Below are positions 63,429 through 64,000 of a stretch of DNA of 64,000 nucleotides, piece after piece. The position numbers and the translations under genes were made by a program. Origin of the DNA: Candidatus Limnocylindria bacterium. GTDB lineage: Bacteria > Chloroflexota > Limnocylindria > Limnocylindrales > CSP1-4. A model generated the notes under the pieces. The model saw only the letters and a list, made by a program, of their open reading frames with translations, searched no databases and was not told the origin of the DNA. Position 1 is the first letter of the stretch, and each line of letters begins with the position of its first letter. The stretch spans positions 74,460-138,459 of the forward strand of contig DATKBB010000021.1 in NCBI GenBank assembly GCA_035514295.1, written 5' to 3'.

Positions 63429-64000
63429 ATGAGCGAGACGACGCCCGACAAGCTGCCCTTTACCGGCGACGACGAAGCCGACCGGCTGCTGGCGGCGGAG
63501 CCGCTGGCCCTGCTCATCGGCTTCGTGCTCGATCAGCAGGTCACGCTCCAGAAGGCGTTCTCCGGGCCGCTCGAGCTGCGCCGCCGCATCGGCACGCTGG
63601 ACGCCGCTGCGATCGCCGGGACGGACGCCGGGGCGCTGGAAGAGGCCTTCGCCCGCCGTCCGGCGCTGCACCGCTTCCCGGCCAACATGGCGCGCCGGAC
63701 CCAGGCGCTGTGTGCCGCCGTCGCCGAGCGCTACGGCGGCGACGCCGGTCGCGTGTGGCGCGAGGCGCGCGACGGTCACGACCTGCGCCGCCGGCTGCTG
63801 GACCTGCCCGGCATCGGCGAGATGAAGGCGGCCACGCTGGTGGGCATCCTGACCCGCCGCTTCGGCGTGCGGCCGCTCGGCTGGGAGGAGGTCGTGCCGC
63901 GCCACCCGACGCTGGCCGATGTCGACTCGCCGGCCGCCCTGGCCGACTACCAGGCAGGCAAGCGAGCAGCCAAGGCAGCCAAGAGAGCCGCACAGGCGAC
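63429..64000 (+). CDS. HhH-GPD-type base-excision DNA repair protein (3' end outside window)
   Basis: An untracked ORF that is open to the window edge: MSETTPDKLPFTGDDEADRLLAAEPLALLIGFVLDQQVTLQKAF...RRLLDLPGIGEMKAATLVGIL... (helix-hairpin-helix). Confidence 0.75.
   Translation, partial: MSETTPDKLPFTGDDEADRLLAAEPLALLIGFVLDQQVTLQKAFSGPLELRRRIGTLDAAAIAGTDAGALEEAFARRPALHRFPANMARRTQALCAAVAERYGGDAGRVWREARDGHDLRRRLLDLPGIGEMKAATLVGILTRRFGVRPLGWEEVVPRHPTLADVDSPAALADYQAGKRAAKAAKRAAQA

Overview
All calls below were made by eye from the sequence and the supplied ORF track, with no searches or computations. The window is visibly GC-rich chromosomal DNA (G+C not computed), densely coding on both strands. 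I support about 70 protein-coding genes. I saw no rRNA, tRNA, CRISPR array, transposase or integrase. Many tracked ORFs are long open frames antisense to, or out of frame with, clearly recognisable genes, which is normal at this GC content. For many genes the tracked start is too far upstream, so I re-picked starts using N-terminal sequence logic, Shine-Dalgarno-like purine runs and 4-nt stop/start overlaps. The gene content suggests a GC-rich Actinomycetota- or Chloroflexota-like organism (thyX, VKOR plus DsbA, FemAB-like gene, F420/LLM gene remnant), but I cannot resolve the lineage without a search.

Content:
- Housekeeping and central metabolism: acs, moaA, purine nucleoside phosphorylase, thyX, adenosine deaminase, pepN, transaldolase, and an xfp-ackA phosphoketolase pair.
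- An unusually high density of stress, redox and envelope genes: four USP genes, CBS-pair, OsmC, TerB-like, PspC, LiaF-like, DsbA/VKOR, a P-type ATPase, a cupredoxin-fused NirK with a divergent Rrf2 regulator, a GAF histidine kinase with a NarL-type regulator, and a Tat-exported two-domain multicopper oxidase.

Most noteworthy for follow-up:
1. A minus-strand module (29665->26045) joined mostly by 4-nt stop/start overlaps. It links LiaF-like, PspC and LiaI/LiaF-type membrane proteins to DsbA, VKOR and a tandem USP. Its first gene is split by a frameshift in a G6 run.
2. A DsrE-TusA-DsrE-TusA-SQR-like sulfur-trafficking operon.
3. A DevS/DevR-like two-component pair surrounded by genes of the kind found in the mycobacterial DosR regulon.
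4. Two clusters of DnaA-box-like 9-mers 43 kb apart that share extended words.
5. Poorly characterised units: an orphan coiled-coil protein with a PD-(D/E)XK-like motif, and a ParB/Srx-like plus metallophosphoesterase pair.
6. Two gene remnants: an F420/LLM oxidoreductase C-terminus and a pterin-4a-carbinolamine dehydratase-like fragment.
7. A 446-bp lower-GC intergenic region upstream of a zinc-ribbon/FemAB-like pair.

I cannot claim that any of these is a truly undescribed system without database searches.
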